A stretch of DNA of 64,000 nt from NCBI GenBank assembly GCA_965248365.1, contig CBDFJA010000002.1, positions 892,659 to 956,658 on the forward strand, given 5' to 3'. Made by a program: the position numbers and the translations under genes. This document shows, piece after piece, positions 19,795-29,504 of this stretch (the stretch's first letter is position 1; each line of letters opens with the position of its first letter). The notes beneath the pieces were generated by a model. That model saw only the letters and a program-made list of their open reading frames with translations, did no database searches and was not told where the DNA came from. This DNA comes from Bryobacterales bacterium. GTDB taxonomy: Bacteria; Acidobacteriota; Terriglobia; Bryobacterales; UBA6623.

Positions 19795-22275
19795 ATGTTT
19801 GAACGCTATACGGAAAAGGCGCGGCGGGTAATCTTCTTCGCGCGCTACGAAGCCAGCCAGTTCGGTAGTCCTTACATCGAAACGGAACACCTGCTGCTGG
19901 GGCTGATCCGAGAGGACAAGGCTCTGGCCAACCGGTTCCTGCGATCGCACGCGGCCGTGGAGTCGATCCGCAAGCAGATCGAAGCGCGCACGACTGTCCG
20001 CGAAAAAGTTTCCACGTCGGTCGATCTGCCGCTGAGCCACGAGTGCAAGCGCGTGTTGGCTTACGCGGCCGAGGAGGCCGAGCGGCTTTCGCACAAGCAC
20101 ATCGGCACCGAGCACTTGCTGCTGGGCCTGCTGCGGGAAGAAAAATCCTTCGCCGCGGAAATCCTTCATGAGCGCGGCCTCCGTTTGGCCACGATTCGCG
20201 AGGAGCTGGCGCGGTCTCAGTCCGAAAAGCTGATGTCGAACCGGCCGAAGGAGAGTTCGCTGCTGGCCGAGTTTAGCCGCGACCTCACGCAGGCGGCGAT
20301 CGACAGTAATCTCGACCCGCTGATTGGACGGGAAAACGAAGTCGAACGCGTCATTCAGATTCTGTGCCGGCGAACGAAGAACAACCCCGTATTGATCGGC
20401 GAACCAGGCGTCGGCAAGACGGCGATCGTCGAAGGGTTGGCACAGCGCATCGCCGAAGGGGAGGTGCCTTCGTTTTTGGCGGAAAACCGAATTCTGGCGC
20501 TCGACCTTTCGCTGATCGTGGCCGGCACGAAGTATCGCGGCCAATTCGAGGAGCGTCTGAAGACGATCATGAAGGAATTGATGGAGAATCGGAACGCGAT
20601 CATCTTCATTGACGAGTTGCACACCTTGGTCGGGGCCGGCTCGGCCGAGGGTTCACTCGACGCCGCGAATATCCTCAAGCCGGCGCTTTCACGGGGTGAA
20701 ATCCAGTGCATTGGAGCGACCACTCCCAGTGAGTTTCGCAAGTCCATCGAAAAAGATCGCTCCCTGGAGAGGCGCTTCCAGGCTGTTAAGGTCGCTCCGC
20801 CCACCGAAGATGAAGCCGTCAAGGTTCTGTTCGGCATCAAGGACCGCTACGAGAAGTTCCACGCCGTGGCGTATAACGACGAGGCGATCGAAGGTGCGGT
20901 CTACACCTCGAGCCGCTATATCCCCGACCGCTTCCTTCCCGATAAGGCAATTGACCTGCTGGACGAAGCTGGCGCCCGCGTTAAGCTTCGCCAGACGACA
21001 ATGCCCGGCGAGATCGCCGAAGTGCACAAGCGGATCAAGTTCATCGTGCACCGCATGGAAAACGCGATCGCTAACCACGAATTCGAAAAGGCGCGCTTCT
21101 ATTCCGACGAAGAGCGCAAGGAACGCGAGAACCTGCGGGTCTTGCGAGAAAAGTACAACCTCGACGACACCGCGACGGCCTCGGTGACGAAGGACGATAT
21201 CGAGGACATCGTGGCGCGCTGGACCGGCGTGCCGATGACCTCGATCAAGGAAGAAGAGATGGCCAAGCTCCTGCGCATCGAGGAGGAGCTTCACAAGCGG
21301 GTCGTTAGCCAGAACACGGCCATATCAGCCTTGGCGCGAGCCATACGGCGATCGCGGGCCGGTCTGAAATCGGTGACTCGGCCGGCGGGATCGTTCCTGT
21401 TCTTGGGTCCGACCGGCGTTGGCAAGACCGAAGTGGCGCGCGCGCTGGCGCAGTGTCTGTTCGGCAGTGAAAAGTCACTCGTGCGTTTCGACATGTCCGA
21501 GTTCATGGAGAAACACTCGGTCTCGAAGCTGATCGGTTCGCCCCCCGGCTACGTGGGATACGAAGAGGGCGGGCAGTTGACCGAACGCGTGAAGCGGGCC
21601 CCTTATTCAATCATCCTGCTTGACGAGATCGAAAAGGCCCACCCGGACCTGTTCAGCATTCTGTTGCAGGTCTTCGAGGACGGCCAGCTGACCGACGGCT
21701 TGGGCAACACGGTCGATTTCAAGAATACGATCATCATCATGACCTCGAACATCGGGGCGCGCTTCCTCGAGAAGCGCGCGCGGATGGGATTCGAAAGCCG
21801 CTCGAAAGAGGCCGCCGACAACAAGGCTCACGAGGAAGTGCTCAACGAGGTCAAACGCATTTTCAACCCCGAGTTCCTCAATCGCATCGACGAAACCATC
21901 ATCTTTTCTTCGCTGACCGACGACGATCTGCTCAAGATCATCGACCTCATGGTGGAACGGATCAATGAGAACTTAGCCCGCAAGGATATCCATATACGCT
22001 TGAACGAAGACGCGGCCAAGTACATCCTCGACGAGACCTGCGGCGATCGCAGCTATGGCGCTCGCCCCTTGCGGCGCGCTCTGCAGAAGTACGTCGAAGA
22101 CCCTCTTTCGGAAGCCTTGATCCAGGGCGTCCTGCCGCGGCCCGCCGATTTGGAGATTTTCCTCGGTGAAGGCGGCATGTATTATCGCTCCGCCGGCGAG
22201 ACGGGCGCCGAGGAGGGCGAAGGCGAGGGAACGGTCGCCGTCGCCGAAGCCACGCCCCTCTATATGTTTTCCTAA
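19795..22275 (+). CDS. clpC: ATP-dependent Clp protease ATP-binding subunit ClpC
   Basis: MFERYTEKARRVIF Clp-N domain, two AAA modules (GEPGVGKT, GPTGVGKT), UVR-like M domain, YGARPLRR. Confidence 0.95.
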   Translation: MFERYTEKARRVIFFARYEASQFGSPYIETEHLLLGLIREDKALANRFLRSHAAVESIRKQIEARTTVREKVSTSVDLPLSHECKRVLAYAAEEAERLSHKHIGTEHLLLGLLREEKSFAAEILHERGLRLATIREELARSQSEKLMSNRPKESSLLAEFSRDLTQAAIDSNLDPLIGRENEVERVIQILCRRTKNNPVLIGEPGVGKTAIVEGLAQRIAEGEVPSFLAENRILALDLSLIVAGTKYRGQFEERLKTIMKELMENRNAIIFIDELHTLVGAGSAEGSLDAANILKPALSRGEIQCIGATTPSEFRKSIEKDRSLERRFQAVKVAPPTEDEAVKVLFGIKDRYEKFHAVAYNDEAIEGAVYTSSRYIPDRFLPDKAIDLLDEAGARVKLRQTTMPGEIAEVHKRIKFIVHRMENAIANHEFEKARFYSDEERKERENLRVLREKYNLDDTATASVTKDDIEDIVARWTGVPMTSIKEEEMAKLLRIEEELHKRVVSQNTAISALARAIRRSRAGLKSVTRPAGSFLFLGPTGVGKTEVARALAQCLFGSEKSLVRFDMSEFMEKHSVSKLIGSPPGYVGYEEGGQLTERVKRAPYSIILLDEIEKAHPDLFSILLQVFEDGQLTDGLGNTVDFKNTIIIMTSNIGARFLEKRARMGFESRSKEAADNKAHEEVLNEVKRIFNPEFLNRIDETIIFSSLTDDDLLKIIDLMVERINENLARKDIHIRLNEDAAKYILDETCGDRSYGARPLRRALQKYVEDPLSEALIQGVLPRPADLEIFLGEGGMYYRSAGETGAEEGEGEGTVAVAEATPLYMFS

Positions 22276-22349
22276 CCCCCCCCTGCTGACATCGAGATGA
22301 AGAGGGGATTAAGCGGCTTAGAGCCAACTGCGCCGGGAGAGGGGAATTA

Positions 22350-22509
22350 CTCACCTCAGCTCTACAAGCGGGAAAACGACCCGGACGAGCTGACCAACGT
22401 AGCCGAAAAATATCCGCGTGTAGTGGCCGGCCTCAACAAGAAACCGGATGACTATATGGCCGCCGGAGAAGGCCTCACCCGCGGCAGCTTCCACGGACGG
22501 CCGACTTGA
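22350..22509 (+). pseudogene. C-terminal remnant of a sulfatase-like protein
   Basis: PQLYKRENDPDELTNVAEKYPRVV matches the sulfatase C-terminal LY...DP.E..N motif; no upstream body. Confidence 0.55.
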
Positions 22510-22609
22510 GGGCTAACCCCAATACTCGTTATTTAGGGCCGGCCCAGCCCGCGGGGGTTGTGGCTGCCTTACGCTCGGAGCTGCAAAGTCGTGCTTGGGC
22601 CTCCGATGT

Positions 22610-22660
22610 TGTGGCGCGGACGCCTACGTCCGCCGCGTCGACACTCGTGTCGACGCCTCG
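22610..22660. repeat. REP-like palindrome, related to family B
   Basis: gtggcgcggacgcctacgtccgc and gcgtcgacactcgtgtcgacgc hairpins. Confidence 0.5.
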
Positions 22661-22766
22661 AGTTTACGCCGACTACTACGCCACAGCACCGAGCGGGATC
22701 GAAGGTGGAGGTAGGCCAACTCCCCAAGTTGCCGCGTCACCCTGGGCCAAAAAACCAAGGCCCCCG

Positions 22767-22964
22767 AAGCCCGCTTTTCTCACCACCTGACGATCGAAGC
22801 ACGCAATAGGCCCGGCCTTACGGCGTTGCGCTTGCTCGCCGTGTTCAACGTACTGTTCGAGTACGCCCTCATTATTCAAGAAATGCGGCGCCGAGCGTCA
22901 CGCGCCTTGTACTGACGGGCCTCTCACGTACTTCGCCTCGCCACGTGGTGAGAAAAGCGGGCTT
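22767..22964 (+). mobile_element. MITE-like fold-back element family M, full copy 1
   Basis: Perfect 20-bp TIR aagcccgcttttctcaccac / gtggtgagaaaagcgggctt; homologous to 26131-26386 and, inverted, 59742-59940. Confidence 0.88.
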
Positions 22965-22989
22965 GGTATGAGAAGATTGGAAGCGGAAA

Positions 22990-23708
22990 TGAACGCTGAA
23001 CTGGCTGGGAAAGTGGCGGTCGTGACCGGCGCGAACCGCGGGATCGGCCTTGGGACCGCCCAGCGTCTGGCGGAGCTGGGATTGCGAGTCGTTCTGTCCG
23101 GACGCGATTCGACGGCCTGCGAAAGAGCGGCCCGGGAGATTCGAGCGCAGTCCGCGGGCCAAGGGGAAGTGGCGTCCATGAAGCTGGATGTCGCTGACCC
23201 CGACAGCGTTGCCGGCTTCCGCGAAGCGGTCGAGCGCCAGGTTGGCGGGGTGGATATTCTGGTCAACAACGCAGCGGTGTTCTTGGACAAGGGGATGAGC
23301 GTGTTCGAAGTCGACGACTCGGCGATCCGGAAGACGATGGAAGTCAATCTCCACGGGCCTCTCCGCCTATGCCGAGCGTTGGTTCCCGGCATGGTCGAGC
23401 GGGGCTGGGGCCGGGTGGTGAATATCTCGTCGGGGTACGGTTCGCTCGCCGGCATGGGAGGGCGCAACGCGGCCTATAAACTCTCGAAGGCGGCGCTCAA
23501 CGCGCTGACGCGCATAGTGGCCGGGGAAATCCAAGGCGACGTCAAGGTGAATTCCGCCGACCCAGGCTGGGTGAGAACCCGCATGGGCGGACCGGCGGCC
23601 TTGCGCGAGGTCGACGAGGCGGTTAAGGGCATCATCTGGCTGGCGACGCTGCCCTCGGACGGGCCTAACGGAGGCTTCTTCCTCGACGGCAAACCGAAGC
23701 CTTGGTGA
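22990..23708 (+). CDS. Short-chain dehydrogenase/reductase (carbonyl reductase-like)
   Basis: VVTGANRGIG, NNAA, YKLSK, DPGWVRTRMGG. Confidence 0.93.
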
Positions 23709-23751
23709 AGGTATGGTTCGCCGACGCTGACCGGGCCGGCGCAAGCGTGGG

Positions 23752-25863
23752 CTAACGTGGGGTCAGCGTGCGGGTGATCGTAACCGGGTCCGCGGAAGGG
23801 GAAATCTCCACTTCCTCGATCACCGGGCGATGCCCCCGCAAAGAAAAAGCCAACCGGTAGGCGCCGGGGGCCAGCGGGATTTCCACTGGCGTGCGGCCCG
23901 CCCGTTTTTTGTCATTCAGCGTAACTTGCGCGCCGGGCGGCGTGCTCTCAAAGCGTACCTGAACCCGGGAAAGGGATCCGCTTCGCAGCACGAACTGACG
24001 GGTGGTCAACTCGTTCTGCGCAATTTCCACACTCCGTTCGGCGGCCGCTCCGCCCTTTTCCACTCGGACTAAGTGATAGCCGGGCGGCAGCTTGAGCATA
24101 GTGTTCGTTTGACTCGCCGTTTTCTTGCCGTTGACGTAGACGTCCGCTCCAGTGGGAACGCTGCTCACCATGAGTGTTCCGGTGATCTGGCGAAGTTCGA
24201 ATTCCAGCTCCATCGGCTCCGACGTCATCTTGAACGACCTTCGGTGCGGTTCAAAGCCGGCCAGCACGGCCATCGCCTGGTGATCGCCTCGCGGGATTTC
24301 GAGTGTACAAGGCGTAACGCACGACCATTGGGTCTTGCCGTCGATGACGACTCTCGCTCCGGTCCGGTCGCTGGCAAGACGGATCTCGACCAACCGAGGG
24401 GCAGCCTTCGGCGGGGCGGGTGTCGGTCGCGTCGGGGTGGTGGCCTTCGGTTTCGGCGGCGACGGAGTTGGAGAAGGGGCGGGCGGGGCCTCGGATGCAG
24501 GTTTAACTCCCGTGGCGCTGTCGGACCCACCGCTGGTCGCGGTCCCCGGAGATTCGCCCGATGATGTTTCCTCGGGCGGTGCCGGTGGCTCTGCCGAGCC
24601 GGCCGCATCCCCGCCGGTAGCCGCGGGAACTTGCCCCGGCCCTGGTTCCCCGGGCCGCTCGCCGCTCTCGGGAACAGCCGCGCCCCCGATTCCTCCACTT
24701 GCAGGCAACGGATCATCCAACGGCGAAACTTCGGCGACCTCTCCACTGACCAAAGAAATCAGGCTCCCAGGCAACTGAAGCAGGGCGTCAACTGGGTCTT
24801 TCTGCTGCGACAGCCAAACACCGGCCGCCGCGATCAGTACCGCCAGAAGCGCCGCCGGCCACATCCACCAACGGAGTCGCCCGGGGCGCTCCTCAAGAGC
24901 CGCCGAACGCCCTGGCAGGGGCGGCAACGACCTCGGGGCGTCCGCCGGAGCCGTTTCCTGGAATTCACGCAGCATTTCGAGACGCTCGGGGTCTTCGGTT
25001 CCCCTAGCTCCCTTGCCCCCTACCGCCGCCGGGGACGCCTCGACGACGGACGCACAGCCCCGCGCAGCCGCCTCGGCGAACTCCCGGCAACTGGGGTAAC
25101 GCTCGAGGGCATCTTTAGAGAGCGCCCGCAGAATGACCGCGTCCAACTCCTCCGAAATCCTCGGATTCATCTCGCTCGGCGCAGTAGCTTCCTGGGAGAC
25201 GATCTTGAACATGACCGACGTCAGGCTTTCGCCGGTGAAAGGCTTCTGTCCGGTGACCAGCTCGTAGCAGATCACGGCGAGCGAAAATTGGTCGGAGCGT
25301 CCGTCGGTCGGGTCGCTACGCACTTGCTCGGGTGACATGTAGCTGGGCGTACCCATCACCGTCCCGGTCTGCGTGAGTTTGGAGGAGCTGATTCGCGCGA
25401 TCCCAAAATCCGTAATCTTGATGCCACCGTCGGGCGTCACCATGATGTTGGCGGGCTTGATGTCGCGGTGCACAATCTCTTTACTGTGAGCGTAGTCCAG
25501 CGCGGCGGCCGTCTGACTTAGCAGGTCGGAGATAAACCCGAAATCATGGATGGGAGCAGAGTCTATGCGCGTCTCCAGCGTCTTGCCTTCGACGAATTCC
25601 ATCGTGATGTACGCCAACCCGGCTTCTTCATCGACGTCATAGATCGTGACGATGCCGGAGTGGGAAAGGCGTCCGGCGGATTGAGCTTCGCGGAAAAGCC
25701 GCTCCCGGAGTTTGTCGGTCTCCGATTCAGCCGCCTTATCGGCCAGCTTGATGGTTTTGATGGCGATCGTCCGGCCGATCTTAGGGTCGCGAGCCTTGTA
25801 CACCACTCCCATGGCGCCACGCCCTAACTCAGCAAGTATTTCGTAGCGTCCGATCTGATCCAT
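23752..25863 (-). CDS. Hanks-type Ser/Thr kinase with TM, Pro-rich linker and 3 PEGA domains
   Basis: LGRGAMGVVY, HRDIKPAN, DFG, GTPSYMSPEQ; PEGA motifs SSVPTGADVYVNG and ESTPPGAQV. Confidence 0.93.
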   Translation of the reverse strand: MDQIGRYEILAELGRGAMGVVYKARDPKIGRTIAIKTIKLADKAAESETDKLRERLFREAQSAGRLSHSGIVTIYDVDEEAGLAYITMEFVEGKTLETRIDSAPIHDFGFISDLLSQTAAALDYAHSKEIVHRDIKPANIMVTPDGGIKITDFGIARISSSKLTQTGTVMGTPSYMSPEQVRSDPTDGRSDQFSLAVICYELVTGQKPFTGESLTSVMFKIVSQEATAPSEMNPRISEELDAVILRALSKDALERYPSCREFAEAAARGCASVVEASPAAVGGKGARGTEDPERLEMLREFQETAPADAPRSLPPLPGRSAALEERPGRLRWWMWPAALLAVLIAAAGVWLSQQKDPVDALLQLPGSLISLVSGEVAEVSPLDDPLPASGGIGGAAVPESGERPGEPGPGQVPAATGGDAAGSAEPPAPPEETSSGESPGTATSGGSDSATGVKPASEAPPAPSPTPSPPKPKATTPTRPTPAPPKAAPRLVEIRLASDRTGARVVIDGKTQWSCVTPCTLEIPRGDHQAMAVLAGFEPHRRSFKMTSEPMELEFELRQITGTLMVSSVPTGADVYVNGKKTASQTNTMLKLPPGYHLVRVEKGGAAAERSVEIAQNELTTRQFVLRSGSLSRVQVRFESTPPGAQVTLNDKKRAGRTPVEIPLAPGAYRLAFSLRGHRPVIEEVEISPSADPVTITRTLTPR

Positions 25864-26130
25864 TCGATCACACGTCCTTTGTCGAACCTTACAATTTAGC
25901 ACGCGGGGGAGGGTCAACCCCCGGACACAACGAATTTGCCGCCGGGAAGGCAAGCACCGGCCGGGCAACGTGGAAAGAACTGGCCAAGGGTGAAATCGAC
26001 TGGCCGGGGACGCTGGCCGCACTTGCCGCCGACGGCTCCCACGGAGCGGTTAGTCTGGAGACCCACTCGGGCGGCCCTGGCGGTGATTAATTCGAGGGCA
26101 GCACGATCTGCACGCACGCCTTGAAGGGGT

Positions 26131-26386
26131 TAGCCCGCATTTCACCACTTGACGGTCGAAGCACGCCATAGGCCCGCCATTACTGCGTTGCGCTTGCTCG
26201 CCGTGCTCAACGTACTTTCCCGGTCGGGCGCCGAACGCGGGTCGCTGCTGCTTTTGGTAGAGCCAAAATACGAAACGGTTAGGCTGCACCCGCAAAAGTA
26301 CACCTCCGCTCGCTGAGCGGCGCGCGCCTTGTACTGACGGGCCTCTCACGCACTTCGCCTCGCCACGTGGTGAGAAAAGCGGGTTA
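26131..26386 (+). mobile_element. MITE-like family M, full copy 2 with extended central loop
   Basis: tagcccgcatttcaccac ... gtggtgagaaaagcgggtta; extra sequence between the gtac..gtac stem. Confidence 0.85.
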
Positions 26387-26439
26387 GTGGCCGCGGCGCC
26401 CGCCTGACGCCGCGTTGCGTGAATTCGTTGACCTACTGA

Positions 26440-26508
26440 GCAAATTATGGTGACATGGCCCGTGTTCGGACTGTAGGGGCACAGCATGCTGTGCCCGTGT
26501 TCCAAAGT
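26440..26508 (+). repeat. 69-bp GTAG-REP-containing repeat (copy 1)
   Basis: 63/69 identical to 31639-31707; core GTAGGGGCACAGCATGCTGTGCCC. Confidence 0.85.
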
Positions 26509-26677
26509 TGCCATATGTCGCGTGCTTCCATGGGTGATCCCACACGAGAACAGCACCACCAGTGCGTTGTCCCTGGGACAGACACAAATGTTTGCCCAAG
26601 GATGCTTCTCTTCACCGGTTAGCCAAGAACGCTCCACGGAAGCCTGAACGCAACCTGACCGGTCGGCTGCCCCGAGG

Positions 26678-26706
26678 TTGACAGCACCCCCCGATCCCGC
26701 TAACCT
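26678..26706 (+). promoter_or_regulatory. Sigma70-type promoter for the lactate permease
   Basis: TTGACA-17 nt-TAACCT, about 90 nt upstream of the ATG. Confidence 0.55.
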
Positions 26707-26793
26707 CACCACTTCGTCTCGCCGCGTGGTCAAGCAGGCGGCCCGGATCAGGGCAACCGCGCACCGGCGGAAACTCCCTGCGGAAACACAACC

Positions 26794-28482
26794 ATGGACG
26801 CACCATCCGGCCTCTACGCCCTGATCGCCGTACTTCCCATCCTGGCGGTGATGTTCTTCCTCGTCGTGCTGCGCTGGCCGGCTACCCGCGCCATGCCGGT
26901 CGCCTACGCGATGACGCTCGTTTTCGCCCTCTGGTTCTGGAAAGTTCCCTTTGTCCACGCGATGGCGGCTTCGCTGAGGGGAGTGATGATCGCGGTTACG
27001 ATCCTGGGGATCATTTTCGGAGCGATCGTCCTGCTCTTCACCCTGCGAGAGAGTGGGGCGGTGGCGACCATCCGCCGCGGGTTCATGGATATCTCTCCCG
27101 ACCGCCGCGTTCAGGTGATTATCGTTGCCTGGCTCTTTGGAGCGTTCATCGAGGGCGCGGCCGGGTTTGGCACGCCGGCCGCCGTCGCCGCTCCCCTGTT
27201 GCTGGCGCTCGGCTTTCCGGCCCTGGCCGCCGTCATGACGACCTTGATAATCCAGAGCACCCCGGTCAGCTTCGGCGCCGTGGGGACCCCAATCCTTGTG
27301 GGCATGGCCCAGTCGCTGAACGTACCCCAGGTCGAGCAGGCCGTATCCGCGGCTGGCATGTCCTACGACGAATTCATCTACCGCATCGGCGTCTTCACGG
27401 CCGTTCCCCACGCCCTTGTAGGCGCCCTCATTCCGCTGATCATTGTTTGCATGATGACGCGATTCTTCGGCGCTCGGAGGTCATTCCGGGAAGGCTTGGC
27501 GGTCTGGAGGTTCGCTCTGTTCGCTGGCCTGAGCTTCACCGTCCCATATACGCTTGTCGCTGTGTTGCTGGGGCCCGAGTTCCCCTCGCTGATCGGCGGC
27601 TTGATTGGCTTGGCGATCGTCATCACGGCTGTGAAACGGCGTCTTTTCCTCCCGGCGGGTGAGCCTTGGGAGTTCCCTCCCCGAGAAGAATGGCTGAGTG
27701 AGTGGAAAGGCAGCATTCCCGCCGACGTTGGTTCCGAACGACCTCATATGACGCTCGCTCGCGCCTGGTCGCCTTATATCCTCGTAGCCGCCCTGCTGGT
27801 GCTGACGCGGCTGCCGTTTCTGCCGATCAAGGGCTGGCTGCTGTCGATGCGCTTCACTTGGCTGGAGATTCTTGGGACAACGCTATCGCAATCGGTGCAG
27901 CCGCTCTACATTCCGGGCACGCTGTTCCTTGTGGTGGCTCTCATCACGGTGCCGCTTCATCGCATGAAAACGCACGAAGTCAAGAAAGCGTGGCTCGATG
28001 CCTGCCGCATGCTTGCGGGACCTGCGCTGGCCCTTCTTTTTGCCGTGGGGCTCGTGCGTGTCTTCATCGATTCGGAAACGAACGCGTCAGGACTCGACAG
28101 CATGCCCCTTGTGTTAGCCGAATTCGTAGCCCAGATCGCGGGCTCGACTTGGCCCTTCTTTGCGCCCATGATCGGAGCCATGGGGGCGTTCGTGGCCGGA
28201 AGCAATACGGTCAGCGACCTGATGTTCAGCCTGTTTCAATACGGAGTCGCCGATCGCATAGCCGTGCCGCACTTGGTCATCCTTGGATTGCAGGCGCTCG
28301 GGGGCGCCGCCGGGAATATGATCACCGTCCACAACGTCGTAGCAGCGAGCGCTACGGTGGGTCTAGTGGGCCGGGAAGGGCTATTGATCCGCCGAACCAT
28401 CGTGCCGATGACGTATTACGTGGTGTCCGCCGGGTTGTTGGGGTTGCTCGCCTGCTACGTCCTCGTGCCGGATGTTTTTTGA
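26794..28482 (+). CDS. lctP: L-lactate permease
   Basis: [49 protein letters not shown]. Confidence 0.92.
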   Translation: MDAPSGLYALIAVLPILAVMFFLVVLRWPATRAMPVAYAMTLVFALWFWKVPFVHAMAASLRGVMIAVTILGIIFGAIVLLFTLRESGAVATIRRGFMDISPDRRVQVIIVAWLFGAFIEGAAGFGTPAAVAAPLLLALGFPALAAVMTTLIIQSTPVSFGAVGTPILVGMAQSLNVPQVEQAVSAAGMSYDEFIYRIGVFTAVPHALVGALIPLIIVCMMTRFFGARRSFREGLAVWRFALFAGLSFTVPYTLVAVLLGPEFPSLIGGLIGLAIVITAVKRRLFLPAGEPWEFPPREEWLSEWKGSIPADVGSERPHMTLARAWSPYILVAALLVLTRLPFLPIKGWLLSMRFTWLEILGTTLSQSVQPLYIPGTLFLVVALITVPLHRMKTHEVKKAWLDACRMLAGPALALLFAVGLVRVFIDSETNASGLDSMPLVLAEFVAQIAGSTWPFFAPMIGAMGAFVAGSNTVSDLMFSLFQYGVADRIAVPHLVILGLQALGGAAGNMITVHNVVAASATVGLVGREGLLIRRTIVPMTYYVVSAGLLGLLACYVLVPDVF

Positions 28483-28733
28483 GGCGAGCCAAGCTCGGCC
28501 CGTGGACCGAAAACCTACCGAACAACTTGCCGGAATTTCTCACGAGGGTTCTGGATAACCGGGGTTGAACGAACGTCATGTTTGAGCAGGTACGGTTGAA
28601 TGGAGTCGTCGAGGAGCGGCTGCTGATCGACACGCTGTACCGCTCTCGAAGGCTGCCCGCAACTACGTCGAGAATCGACCAGCGCCCCACTCCCCCCATC
28701 GGCGCTGTCGCGTTTTGAGAGTATAATGGAACC

Positions 28734-29269
28734 GTGCAGAGCGACATTCACACCTACAGCCCGGTGCAAGCAGAGGTGCGTCGGCTGCACAATCTCTATC
28801 GCACATGCCTGCTGAGTCGTAAGTACTACGCTCATCGCCTCAAACAGTACAAACGCTGGATTTTGCCATGGATGTCACAACGGCTCTGGCGACGTCCTCA
28901 GCCTTCGCTGGTCTGGCGATCTTGAAAACAACGATCGGCGTCAATCTGTTCTCATTTCTGCTTGGGGCAGCTGTTATCGTGTCGGTGCTGCACCCGGTTT
29001 TGAAGGTATCGGAAGGCATCGATCGCTACTCCAGACTGCACTACGCCTGGGGCGAGCTCCACTATGCAATCGAGAGCCTACTGGCCGATATGAGACGTCA
29101 GAATTCGGTCACAGAATCAAACGCCAGATCGATCGCCGATATCTCGGAGCGCTACCGCAATCTCTCCCTGGAAGACGATCCGGGGCCCAACCGAACACTG
29201 CAACAGAAGTTCGAGGAAGAGGTCAAGCAGGCGATACCAGAGAACCAGTTGTGGCTACCTGCCGCGTGA
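28734..29269 (+). CDS. SLATT-like two-TM protein, frameshifted at ~28860
   Basis: Joined ORFs: helical N-terminus (SRKYYAHRLKQYKRW), two hydrophobic segments, helical tail. TATAAT at 28722-28727 lies just before the GTG. Confidence 0.55.
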
Positions 29270-29280
29270 ATTCATCTTTC

Positions 29281-29445
29281 ATGCCGCAAGAGCCCGAGCC
29301 GCCGCCGCCTCCAAGCCCACCCGAGCGTCCAAAGCAACTGCCGTCTTTCTCTGAACCTCCCCCAAAACGCATCCATCCCATAGATCCGGTAGAACCTTGG
29401 CCTTCACCTCCCCCGCCTCCACGACCTGACAAGGAAACTCCTTAA
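29281..29445 (+). CDS. Putative Pro-rich 54-aa micro-protein
   Basis: MPQEPEPPPPPSPPERPKQLPSFSEPPPKRIHPIDPVEPWPSPPPPPRPDKETP, 11 nt after the SLATT-like stop. Confidence 0.4.
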   Translation: MPQEPEPPPPPSPPERPKQLPSFSEPPPKRIHPIDPVEPWPSPPPPPRPDKETP

Positions 29446-29504
29446 ACAAAGCTCGGGGAAGTTTGCCCCCCTGGCCGCGATTGACGCTCTCCCTCACGAA
29501 AAGA

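Noticed and set aside
24380-24720. Low-complexity GC-rich stretch
   Set aside because: Encodes the Pro/Ser/Gly linker of the PEGA kinase.
26050-27411. 453-aa minus-strand ORF
   Set aside because: Antisense to lctP and runs through REP/MITE sequence.
28490-28680. Protein-like fragment (NLPEFLTRVLDNRG..FEQVRLNGVVEERLLIDTL) after lctP
   Set aside because: Interrupted and unassignable without a search, so it is not called as a feature.
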